NCBI GenBank assembly: GCA_004431415.1 | Contig: QPMI01000494.1 | Span: 1-64,000, forward strand | Length of the DNA: 64,000 nucleotides | Direction: 5' to 3' | From: Cyanophora paradoxa CCMP329 | Taxonomy: Eukaryota; Plantae; Glaucophyta | In this document: piece by piece, positions 30,601 through 42,623 of the stretch | How positions within the stretch are numbered: position 1 is the first letter of the stretch | Layout: each line of letters starts with the position of its first letter | Program-made: the position numbers and the translations under genes | Notes under the pieces: model-generated | Told to the model about the DNA's origin: nothing | Seen by the model: the letters and a program-made list of their open reading frames with translations, nothing else | Database searches by the model: none

Positions 30601-33373
30601 ATCCTGCGCAAAGCAAACGCCGCCTCAGCTTCCAAACGCCTCGGTCCAGGCCTAAGGGCGCTCTAGCTATAAATAGCGCCAGCGCGGCCAACGCCGCGGC
30701 CTCTAGCTAGCTATAAATAGCGCCTCGGTCTAGGCCCGGGCCTCTAGCGCCAGCCTAGGTCCAGGCCTCGGGCGGGGCGGGGCGGGGGCGGGGGCACACG
30801 TGCAGATGATGGCCTGGCCGCGGTGCGCGAGCTCCCGCAGCAGCCGGACGACCTGCGCCCGGGCAATCGGATCATCAGATCAGATTGCACGGATCTAAAG
30901 AGGGCGGCCGGGACCGCGGACGCCAAGGCTGTCTATCTATGAATCAAATTAAACCTTAAGCTGGCCCAATCTCTCAACCTTCGTTGGGGAAATTAGTTTA
31001 AGGGGCGGGCGCACGTGCATGGCGGATATGGCGTCGAGGCCCGTCGTCGGCTCGTCGAGGAAGAGGATGGAGGGGTGCGGCACCAGCTCCATCCCGATGC
31101 TCACACGCTTCCGCATCTGAGGGGCGGTGGGGGGGTGAGGCGGGAGGCGGGAGGCGGGATGGGGGGGGGCGGCTCCGTTCTCTGATCATGAGCGGCTTAA
31201 GCTTCTAGTCTTGCCTAAGAGCAGCGCGTTCTGCTCAGGGAAAGGGCGGGGGCGGGGCGGGGCCGGGCGCACGGCGACGGAGATGCCGCCGTGGGCGAGG
31301 GTCCCGATCATCTCCCCCGCGTGCGGCCGCAGGTGCAGCACGTCGATCACGTCGTCCGCCCGCCGCACCTGCGCCCGCTCCCAAATCAGTCCGCGAAGAG
31401 AGAGAAGCAGAAGAAAGAGGACAAGCCAATTAAGAGCGGATCCAACAGTACTTGAGCGAGTCTAGGGCAGGCAGACAGACAGAGGCCTAGAGCTTTGGAT
31501 CTGGGCCGGGCCGGGCGGGGCGGCGGGCCGCACCTTCTCCTCGGGGGCGATGGAGTCCTCAAGGCGGCAGATGGCGGAGAAGACGATCGCCTCTCGGATC
31601 GTCTGAGGGGCGGGGCGCGCGCGCGCGCCCCGGGGTGAGACCAGGCGCCGGCGCCGGCTCCGGCGGCGGAAAGATCGGATTTGGAGTGCTCTCTCATCCC
31701 TTCTTGTCTACAAGCGATGCGGGGCGGGGCGGGCTGGGGCGGGGCGGACCATGGTGGGGAAGATGGTGTCGAACTGCTCGACGTAGCCGCTCATCCGCAG
31801 GAACGTCTTGTCCCGCGGCTGCTTGTTCTGCGCCAGAACCACAGGTCAGGCACCGCGCCGCTACTTAGAAGGCTACTAGAAGGCTCTCTTAGACGGCTAC
31901 TAGAGGGCTGCTTGTTCTGCGCCGCGAACAGACCCGCGGGTCAGGCGCGGCGCCGCTACTTAGAAGGCTACTAGAAGTCTCTCTTAGACGGCTACTAGAG
32001 GGCTGCTTGTTCTGCGCCGCGAACAGACCCGCGGGTCAGGCGCGAGCGGCGAGGCTAATTATAGCGGTGGCGCTGCTTAAGCCGCGAGCGCTAGCACGGG
32101 TCTCGTAGGAGGAGCGGCGGCCTCCTATCTTTGGAGCAAGCCAAACCAGGCCACGCCAACCCGCGGGTCAGGCGCGGCGCGCGAGGCGGACGCTGCCGGG
32201 CGGGCCCGCGGCCCGCGGCCGGCGCCGCTACTTATATCAGATCTACTTAGAAGGCTCTCAGATCGGGGTCCGGCGCCGCTACTTAGAAGTAGCGGCGAGG
32301 CTGATTGTAATTGCAACGGCAGCGCTGCTGGGCGCGCGGGCTAGCGGGGGTGCGGCTAGCGGGGCGGGGCGCACGATGAGGAGCTCGCCGGTGATGGAGC
32401 CGCCCGTCTTGCGGTCCGCCAGCACGTCGAGAAGCGTCCTGGGGCAGGAAAAGGTGAAACAAGGTGAGGCGAGTTCGAGTAGAGGAATGGAGGTTAGCTT
32501 ATATTAAGCTTATATTAAGCTTTAGGGCCCTACAGAAAGCTCGAAGTCTCGAAGTCTACAGAAAGGGCGAAGTCTAAGAAAGAGCGAAGGGGCGGGCGCA
32601 CGTCTTGCCGCCGCCGGAGGGCCCCATGAGGGCGAGCAGGTCCCCCGAGCGCACGAAGCCCGTGACGTCCCTCAGCAGCTCCTTGCGCCCGCCCTTCACC
32701 GGCACCCTGAGGGGGGGGGGGGGGGGGGGGGGGGGAGCGAGGGAGGGTGAGTAAGGAGGGTGAGGAGCTTAAGCGCGGAGAGCCTTAAGATCGGGCCCGA
32801 GCTTCGGGGCTCAGGGGTAAGATTGATTGGGAGGGCGGGCGCACGAAGCTTCAAGAGGGCCTTAGAGAGCTTTAGCTTTAGCTTTAGCTCAGATTAGATT
32901 GGAGGGCGTGCGCACGAGTAGGAGAGGCCGGAGAAGGAGAGGAGCGCCTTCGGCGGGTCGAAGTGCGCCAGCGAGTGGCCCGCCATGTGCACCTGCGCGC
33001 GCGCCCGGGCGCCCGTGTGAGCCACTGGCCCTGGGTGGGCCGCGGAGGTGGGCCTGGGTGAGACTCTGTGGGCCGCGGATATATATGCCATCATGGCATT
33101 CCCAAATATTCATGGATTGGCGATCGATATCATGGACTGGGTGAGGCTCGAGCGGCCGGGCGCGCGGAGTGGGTCGCGGAGGGGGCCGAGGCTCAAGTGG
33201 GGAAATAGTCTAAGTCTATGGTCTAGCCGAGCGCCCGTGTGAGACTCCTGTGGGCGCGCGCGCGCGCACCGAGACCGAGTGCCCCGAGAACGTCTCCTCG
33301 CCCTGCGCGCAGCAGCAGCAGCAGCAGCGGCGGGGGCGGCGGGTCAGCGGACAGCGGGCCCGGGAGGGCGGGA

Positions 33374-33411
<38 letters not shown>

Positions 33412-36400
33412 CGCACGGCCTCCTCGGGGTCCTCCTCCTCGGGCGGCAGGTACTGCTTGCTGCGCGCAGAGCAGAGACGGTTAGATCCTCTTAGATCGCG
33501 GCTTAAAGGCCCCAGGTCCTCTAGGATCTAGGATCAGCCTCTAGCAAGCAGCTTGCTGCGGGTACGGTCAGCCGAAGCCGATCCGGGGCGGAGCGGCCGC
33601 GACTCCGATCGCTCAAGCAGCCGGGGCGGAGCAGGGCGGAGCGGGGCGGAGCGGGGCGGAGCGGATCTAGAGCCGAGGGCAGGGCGGAGCCGAGCGAGGG
33701 CACCTCCAGCGCTTGTAGCAGAAGCCGAGGAGGCCGAGCCCCATGTAGCTGCGGCGCAGGCCTGGGCGTCAGATCTAGATCTAGATTTGTTTGAGGGGTG
33801 GACTCGCGATCGCGCAGCGCACAAGATCCACTGGCCGAACATGATGCCCACGTCGATCCAGTACCTGAGCGGGGCGGGACGGGAAGCGCGGGGTGAGAAA
33901 GGCGAGCTCGAGCTCCTAGCTATATCTAAACTTCTAAACTAAAGTAAACAAGCGCAGAATTAAGACTTCTAAGACACTAAGACAAGCAGGGATCGCACCA
34001 GCTCATCTCCTTGTTGAGCGTGAAGAAGTCGAGGACGGCGTCGCCGCCCTCCGGCCGGTCCGCCAGCGCCAGCCCCGAGAGCTCTGAGGGGAGGGGAGAG
34101 GCGGAGAAAGATAAGGAAAAGGAAAGAAAAGGAAAGGAGAGGGGATGGGAGGAAGAGGGGGTACCGTTGATGCAGAGGGCCTCGTGGGGGTACCGGTAGA
34201 ACGTGAAGTAGTGCACTGGGGCCGGGGATCAGGCGGCTCAGATCAAATCAGATATGATATGATATGATATGATATGATGCGATTCGCGCACTCCAGATCC
34301 AGGCGCGGGGGATCTCGCCCTTGGGGACGTGGAACCCGTTGAACATGAGCAGGATTGGGGGAGTCACAGCCGCTGCGCGCGCGGGCGCTAGGTCAGGCAC
34401 AGCCCTAGGTCGGGGTGCGGGGCGGCCCGCTAGGTCGGGTGGCTAGGGCGGGGCTTTGTGGTCTAAGCTCCAGAGCGCTCATATCTGAGCCGAGGGCGGG
34501 GCGGGGCGGGGCGGGGCGGGGGCGGACCGAGTACGCCCCCGATCTGGACGGCAGGCGTCCACGCCACCACCGCGCTGCACGCCGCCGCCCACCCCGTCAG
34601 AGAAGCCGGGGAGGGCTGACGTATCCATGGGCCCCGGGCGTTCTCTAGAGCGCGCACAAGAAGCAGGCGTCGGCGGAAAGCGCTCTCTTTGTGTCTAGAT
34701 CTTCTAGACCTCGAGCTTGCTTCTAGATCTAGATCTACTATCTAGTATCTCGAGCGTGCTCATCATGAGAGCGCGCAAGAGCAGCAAGGGCGGGCGGGCG
34801 GGCTCTTTGTTAGGCTTCTCTCTCTCTCTCTATGAGCGCGCACAAGATGAGGGCGTCGGCGGTGAGGGTCATGCTGAAGAGGGCGAGGATGAACTTTCCG
34901 AAGCGGGCGCCGCCCTCCGACATCTGGAGGCCCCCCGCGAAGTAGCACACGCACGCGCTGCAGCCGCTCTAGGTTAGATTGGTTCCAGATATATATAACG
35001 ATACGTATACGCTTCCCCTCTGCTCGAGGAGGGGCGGGGCGGGGCGGGGCGCACAAGACGACGACCTCGAAGAAGAGCCGGGGGATCTCGCTGACGATCA
35101 CCGCCGCATACCACTGCGCAAGGCGCTGAGCGGAGGGGGAGGGAGAGGGGGAGAGGGGTACCGGGCCGGGCGCACCGCGACGGGCCGGTAGTAGCCGGCG
35201 GCCTGCAGGGCGAGAGAGAGGCGCGCCTCAGGCGCCGAGGGGCGGGGCGAGAGGGGGGCGGGGGCCGGGATCGCGGAGAGCGCGAGAGGCCGAGGCGGGG
35301 CCGGGGAGGGAGGCCGGGGAGGGGCGGGGCGAGAGCGGGGCGGGGCGGGGCGGGGGCCAGGGAGGCCGGGGAGGGGCGCGGGGCCGGGGCGCACGGTCTT
35401 GTTGTACATTGACCGTGCGCCCCGTTGCCTAGGGAAAAGATCCTAGGTCTAGATCCTAGGCCTCGCGCCCCCGGGCGGGGCGAGGGCGGGAGGGGAAGGC
35501 GGTTGGGAGCGGGCGGGGGGGGAGTGGGGGGCGGGGGGAGTTGGGGGCCGGGGCGAACGGTCTCCTTGTACATGATGTCGCGGTCCCCGAAGTAGCGGTC
35601 CACCTGCGCGCCGGCCGGCGGGGCGTCAGCGGGCGGCCGAGGCTCCAGGGGGAGGGCGAGGCGGGGGCGGGCGGGCGGGGCCGGAAGTCTAGTTTCAGTT
35701 TAGTTTGGTTTGGTTTGGTTTGGTTTGGGCCGTGGGCGCGCCTTGGAGAAAGGCCGGGGGCGCGCCTAGATCTAGAGCTGCTGGGGGGAAAGGGGAGGGG
35801 GGGGGGGGGGGGGGGGGGCGGGCGCGCCTTGGAGAGCGACGCGAAGCCGAAGACGAGGACGGCCGCCTGCATGAACGCCTGCGCGGGGCCAAGGGCGGGG
35901 GCGGGGGACGTTAGGAGGGCCGCAGCAGCAGTCTTGATCCAGGGTCGCGATGGGCTCGAGGGGCGCCAGCGCGCACGACGCGGTTGAGGGCGCCGCGGTA
36001 GGTCGCCGGCATCTGGGCGTAGAGGGTCCCCATCACGAACCTGCCGGTTCAAATCAGTTAGAACCGGTTCAGTTCAGTTGGAACAGGCGTGCGCGTAGAG
36101 GGTCCGATCCCCATATAGTCTATATTTAGTAGAGCGGGTTTGCTTTGGAGTCTGTATTTAGAACGGGGCGTGGCGGGTCCCCATACAAACGAACCCAAGG
36201 AAGATCATCTCCATCACCAGCCTGCGAACGAAGTGGGGGGCGAGTCAGATCAGACCGGGACCAAAGCTCTCTTCTTCTCTCCGAGGCAAGGCCGGAAACG
36301 ACGGAGGAGGAGGCGGGGGAGGGGGCGGGGGCGGAGGGGGCGCGCGCACCGGCTGATGCTGGGGCCCGGGTCGCGGATCAGCAGGCGCACGAAGCGCGCG

Positions 36401-39400
36401 TACAGGTGCCCGAACTGCGCTCGAGGTTAGTGAGGTCTAAGGTCTATCTATGGTCTACGGCGCGCGCGCGCTCTATGGTCTACGGCGCGCGGTCTATCCG
36501 ACTTCCGATGTTCTAGAATGCTGAAAGGCGCACCTGGGAGGAGAGGGGCCGGGCGAAGGGGGCGCGGAGGGCGGCGGGGGGCGCGGGGGCCGCCCGCCCC
36601 GCCTGCAGCGCCGCCTCCCGCTCGGCCGCCATACGCCGCGCCGTCTTGGATGCTTGGTACCTGAGGGAATTAAGTGAGCGAAGCTCAGTTAGCAGACGAG
36701 CTGAGCAGAGTTTTGGGGAGAGGAAGCAGGAGCCGTGGCGGCAGAGTTAGCAGAAGGGAAGCAGGAGCCGAGCCGACAAGCTGGCCAACTAAGCTAGACC
36801 AGCTAGACAACTAACTCGCCAAGAAGTCAAGGCTCTGGGGGCTCGAGGAGCCGTGGCGCGCACGCGTCGGAGAACTGAGTTTAGAGTTTAGCTGAGAAGC
36901 TGAGAAGAGTTTAGCAGAAAGGAAGCAGGAGCCGTGGCACGCACGCGTCGGCTAATTATAAGGATGCAAGCTAGACTATAGCTAGACATGACGACTAACT
37001 CGCTACGAAGTTAACGCTTTGAGAGCTCGAGCACGGGGGCCGAAGTTAACGAAGTTACGCTACGAAGTTAACGGGGCCGTGGCGTAAGCTCATTCTAAGC
37101 TAAGAGGCATGGCGCACGCGTCGGAGAACTGGCGGCAGCCGAAGGCCTGGCCCGGGCCGTGGTAGAAGGCCCGCCCGGGGTCCTCCGTCACCCACTGCAG
37201 GAAGTCCTGCGCGAGTGACGGAGATGCATTAGATTTGAGATGAAGGGGGAGAGAAGAGGAGACACCCGAGGCTCTAAGATGCGCGCGAGCGCTGGCGCGC
37301 GTGCGAGCGGCGGGCGGGGCGGGGCGGGCCGGGCCGGGCGGGCCTCGAGCGGGAGCTCGAACAAGCTTTAGCGCTCTAATTAGCAACCGGAGCTCGAGAA
37401 CGGGCGGGTGGGCGGGCGGGGCGGGGCGGGCCTGCGGGTCGAAGGGATCCATCCTATCTTTCCTATCTTTCCTATCTTTACTATAGCTATCTTTCTTTCG
37501 GGGCGGGGCGGGACGGGCCTGCGGGGTCATGCCCGGAGGTGCGCGGTAGCCCAGCGACTGGAAGTGGGCCACGGCGCCCTCCGTCGGCCCGAAGTAGGCG
37601 GCCCTGCGGCAAGGCAAGCGGCGTCAGCTGAGACGAAGGCTAAGCTTAGCGAGGCCGCGAGGCTCATAAGCTCAAGAAGGAGCTCAAGCTAAGGGCGAGG
37701 GCGAGGGCGGGCGGGCCGGCCGGCTCTAACAGCCTTTTCCCCAAAGCGATTATGGGGAGGGCGGGCGGGCGCGCCTGCCGCCGGCGAGGATCATGACCCG
37801 GTCGAAGCACGAGAAGGCCTCCCACGAGGGCTGCATGCGAGGAAAGAAGAAGGGAGGTTCGAGGTTAGAGCGGGGAAGAAACAAGGCGAAGCAAATCAAA
37901 CGCGCGAGCCTGGAGGAGGCAGGCCATGACGGCGAGGCCGCCGTCCGCGAGGCGCCGAAGGCTGCGGCAGAGCTCCAGCGTCGATGTCGCGTCCAGGCCT
38001 GAGATCAGATCAGATCAGATCGGATCGGATCAGGATCAGGATCAGATCAGATCGGATCGGATCGGATCGGGTCGGGTCGGGTCGGATCGGGTCGGATCCG
38101 AGCGGGGCGCACCGTCCGACGGCTGGTCCAGGAGCAGGACCTGCGAACGAAGGCGCGCGCCTCAGAGACGTCTCGAGATATCGTTACGCGGAGGCGCACG
38201 GTCTAAGCGCGTTTTCTAACTGATATATATCATCCCAAGCCGCTGAAGCTTCCCGGCCACCTAACTAGCAACTGAAGGGCGGTGCGTGCGCACCGTCTTG
38301 CCGCCGGCCGCTTCCTAACGATCATAACGATTTCTAACTACATATAAACGATTCTCCTACCTACATATAAACCCAGGCCGCCCTATATATACATGTAATT
38401 TGAAGGGCGCACCGTCTTGCCGCCGGCCATGGCCTCCACGGCGACGGTGAGGCGGCGCCGCTCCCCGCCCGAGAGGCCCCGCACCGTCTGGTTCCCCACC
38501 TGAGAGGGAGCGAGCGTAAGGTCAGAAAGAGGGGGCGCACGGGGGCCGGGCCGGGCCGGACCGATCTAGATCTAGAGGCAGTTCTAGATCTAGTCCACTA
38601 GATCCGAAGGCCCGGGCCTAAACCAGGCAGGCTAGGCCACTGGGCCTCGGGGTCCCTTTTAAGGCTAAGTCTTTTCTGGCCGGGCGAAGCCGGGACGGGA
38701 CGGGGCGCACGATCGTGTCCGCGCAGTGCTTAAGGTTGAGGACTTGGAGGACGTCGTCGATCTGCGCGAGTCGCGGGTCAGATAGATGGACAAGATTAAC
38801 AGTATGGGATGGCGCGGCCTCGCCTGGCGGTCGATTGCGTCCGAGTCCTGGTCGCCGGGCATGCGGAGGGACCCGGCGAAGCGGAGCGTCTCCCGCACCG
38901 TCAGCAGGGGGTAGTGCACGTCCTGGGGGGTAGGGCATATAAGGTTTGGGGTAGAGGTTTGTCTGGGAGGGGTACGCACGTTCTGCTCGACGAGGGCGAC
39001 GCGCCTCCGGTACGACTCGTCGGGCTTGGAGCCGTTGATGAGCACCTGGGGTACGCGATTCGTCAGGGGTACGGGGGCCGCCCCCGGGGGGGGGGTACGG
39101 GGTCCACTGACCTGCCCGCCGAGCTTCCCCGTCTGCATGTCGGTCATGCGCCCGGATAGGATCTTGAGGAGCGTCGACTGCGGCAGGGGGTACGCGGAAC
39201 CTCAGCGGGGCGGGGTACGCGGCGAAGGGGAGGGGAGCGCACCTTTCCCGTGCGGGGCCCGCCCAGGAGCAGCGTGAGGGTACCCGGGGCGAGGAAGCCG
39301 CTCACGCCGTCGAGCACAGCCACGTCGCGTTTCTTTCCGCCGCGCTTGTAGGCCTGCGCGGTGCTCAGAAAAGATCGCTCGCGCGCGAGGCGACTTGGCC

Positions 39401-39884
39401 GCGGGCGAGCGAGCGCTCACGTGGGCGACTGTTTTGATCTCGTGGGAGAGCTCGTTGAGCTGAACGTGGAAGGATAGGTCCTTGAATGTGATGTACGATC
39501 GCCCGTACTGCCCCGCGCCGGCGGAGGCGCCGGCCTCGCCCATCGGGTGCACCGCCGCGGCCGACTTCGGAACGACGTCAACGTGCATTGCCAGCACGCC
39601 CCCGGCCGAGGAGATCGTGGAGATGACATCGCTCTCGCTGTTCGCGCGCTTCCCGCCCGCGCCTGCGTGCGCGCGGGGGCGCGGGCCGCGTAAATGCACT
39701 GCGCATGCGCGGCTGCGCTGCGCCCCCGCGCCCATGTGCACGCTCGCCACTCGGCGCGGCGCCCCGCGCAAGCGCGCGCACCGTCCGAGTCTACGAGCAC
39801 TTCTACGAAGACATCCGATGCCACGTGTGGGCGCCCGGCCTCCAGCTGCGCCGGATCCGGTGCCGTGTGCGCCGGCAAGCCCAT
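26907..39884 (-). CDS. Multi-exon full-length ABCG / pleiotropic-drug-resistance-type transporter (NBD1-TMD1-NBD2-TMD2)
   Basis: NBD1: GGPRTGK|[22 protein letters not shown]|LD, LLQ|PS. NBD2: [10 protein letters not shown]|[27 protein letters not shown]-terminus KIRHIKR* ending at 26907. Start MGLPAH at 39884. Confidence 0.92.
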
Positions 39885-41496
39885 CGCCCGAGACACTGAG
39901 TGCTATGGAAGCCCGCCGTGCAAATCGAGATGCGCGTCGACCTCTCCGCTGGCGTGCGTAGGCTGCTGCTGCTGCTGCTGCTGCTGTCGGCGCTGCAGGT
40001 GGTGCAGCTGGTGCTGCGCGAGATACGCGAATGCCGCGCTCCCGTCCGCCGCGAATTGCGCCCGCGCGCTCCGCTCGCCCCTGTGCGAGATGGCCGTGGC
40101 GTGCATGGTAGACGTCGACGCAGATTGCGCACTCAACGTCAATGAGCAGGTTGCGAATTGCTGCCTGTACCCCCCTTCGGCGGCGAAACGCACATCGTCG
40201 ACTTCGGCGTCGACGTCGCTGGATAAGCTTTAAGCGCCTCTAGGACCCGCGATCCGACGGCCTAGCGCCGGCTGCGCCGCTAGCGCTGCTTGGCGAGCTC
40301 GGACGTCGACAACCGAGCTCGGACCCAGCGCTACGCTAGCGCCGGCGCCGCGGCCGCGCCACTTGCGCTAGCGCGCGCGCTGCTGCAATTGCATGCGCAA
40401 GCGGCCCTGCAGCTGCAGCTGCAGCTGGCCGGCGAAGTTGATCATGATGCTCGATGCATATGCGCGCGCGTGCACGTGCCGAGCGTCATGATCAACTGCA
40501 GCCGCGCGCGCGGCGGCCGGCGCCGCCGCCGCAGCGCGGCAGACTCGACCTCGTCCATGCAGCTGCAGATCTGGACCGATTGGGCCCTGACGCGGCGCGC
40601 GTGCGGCCGTCCTTCAACAGCTGCGCGCGCGCGCGTGCGCCGACACTAGGAGAGACCCCCCCTTATAACATACATGTTAGCTACATAGATACGCTGCTAT
40701 CTATATTACATCTATATTAGCCTTCACAGAGAAGTATAAGAGTTTGCCGCGGACCTTCAACAGCTGCGCCCGCGTGCGCCGAACGCGTACGAGGCGCCCC
40801 GCGGCCGCGCGCGGCGCTAGCGCTCGAGCTCGGCCCGCGCGCGGCGCCGGCGCCCGGCGGCCTGGCGCTCGCTCGTACTTCAGCCCGGCCTCCACAGGAG
40901 CCGCGCGGCGCCGGCGCCCGGCGGCCTGGCGCTCGCTCCGTGCTCGTACACGGCCTCCTGCCTGCCCGGCCGGCCCATGGCCAGCCAAGCCCGGCAAACC
41001 AACCTGAGCCAAACCAACCCGTCCCGATCTGCGGCCCGCTATCGTAGAGGTACATGTACAGCCCAGCGGCCATAAGCGACGGGTCGCGCGACGGGCAGGT
41101 TGTAACCCTGAGATGAATGTGAGCGAATTTCGAATATTATGGACAAGTATATATTACATCGTTGATCTACAAGCACTCTATACGACCGACCCCATATAGA
41201 CTGCTGATATCGACTGCTAAGACGATCAAAATTCTACCCGAGCGAAAACGTCGAGGGCCAGCTAGAGCGTCCCATCAACCGGGCGTGAACCGAGCGAAGA
41301 CAAAATTATGCGAAAAGGAACAAGAAGCTGATTGTGAAGGAAAAGCGAATTGAAGCGAAAAATGTCCTGGATGTACGTACAGGGGGTCCGAGGACGGGCG
41401 AACTGACTGACCGAGGGACTAGCACTCGCTCACCGAGTCACGGACTCGGCAGTGGTGCGGAGGCAGCCGGGCCGGGCCAGGCCGGCGGCCGCCCTC

Positions 41497-41946
41497 TCAC
41501 TTGGGCGAGTTGCCGCCGCTCTTTTTGGACGAGTAGCGGGCGCCCTCGGAGCGGAGGCAGTCGCGGATGGTCACGTAGTCGTCCTCGTGCTCCTCGGCAT
41601 GGGCATGGGCCTGCTGCGCGTGGAGCTTCGTCACGTGCCCGCCCCGCGCCGACGCCTCTGCGAGCGAGCGAAGGAAGGCCGCGGTTACGTTAGGATAGGG
41701 TAGGGTAGACTGAAGCGGTCGGCGGCGGGCGGGCCGGACGCACTGTTGGCAGGAGAGTCGGCCGCGCCGTTCTCGCGGTAGGGCGGAAGGCGCGCGCGGC
41801 CGCCGGCCGAGGGCGAGTCGAGGAGGACGTCCTGTGCGCGGAAACGATCGGCGCGGGTTCGGGGGCGCCGGGAGACGATCGGCCGCGATCTTGGGCGAGG
41901 AGAGACTCACCCGAAGGGTGTTGACCGAGGCCTCGGCGTGTTCCAT
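41497..41946 (-). CDS. Small three-exon hypothetical protein (~95 aa)
   Basis: MEHAEASVNTLR|DVLLDSP...|...EEHEDDYVTIRDCLRSEGARYSSKKSGGNSPK*. GT-AG junctions preserve the frame. No homology recognised. Confidence 0.45.
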   Translation of the reverse strand: MEHAEASVNTLRVSLSSPKIAADRLPAPPNPRRSFPRTGRPPRLALGRRPRAPSALPRERRGRLSCQQCVRPARRRPLQSTLPYPNVTAAFLRSLAEASARGGHVTKLHAQQAHAHAEEHEDDYVTIRDCLRSEGARYSSKKSGGNSPK

Positions 41947-42623
41947 GGCAGAGGATCTTGATTGAGATCTGCGTACGTACGCGGCCCGATCAGGCTCGAG
42001 CTCGGCGCACGATCGGGCCCGATCTAGATCACGGCGGTCACGGCTGTCAAGGCGGTTATGGCGGCTCTCTGAAGCGGTTGGAAGGCGGCCGATGGCGGAA
42101 TCGGCCAAACTTCGCCGTGGCCGTCCGCAAGCCGGGCGGGCGCGGGGCTGCGAGGGCAAGGGCGAGGCAGCTTCGGCGCACCGGCTACGAACTGGAGGGC
42201 GGCTGCGCGGAAGAACGGCGGAAGCTTTTGTGGCGCGGGCTCAAGTTTGGGCGTCTCCTTACTTTGAGGGGGGGGGGGTTCCGATCACGCTACCGGTTTA
42301 TAAAGTGGCGGTCAAAATCGTGGCTCCTCCAGGGCCGTGACTCCCGGCGGGGGGCCAGTCCAGGAGGGGTACGTACACCAATAGCGAGCCGGTCGATCTC
42401 TGGCAGAGCGCTGCAGCCTGCAGCTGTTGAGACGTTCTCTCGCGCTCTGTCTCTCGAGCGCGGGATGCGCGTGCGATGTCGGCCGCGGGATGCGCACGCG
42501 ACCGACCGCGGCCGAACGGGCGACTGCGGATCGCAAGATGCCCGTGACGTCGACAGGGCCCAGGCGCGGTCGATTTGTATATCGCGCATCGGACTGTCTC
42601 CTGACTTGTGCGGCGCAGCAGCA

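Noticed and set aside
38001-38100. (AGATC/GGATC/GGGTC)n array encoding an RSDQI-type peptide
   Set aside because: Intronic pentamer microsatellite; similar ones occur at ~44100 and ~44680.
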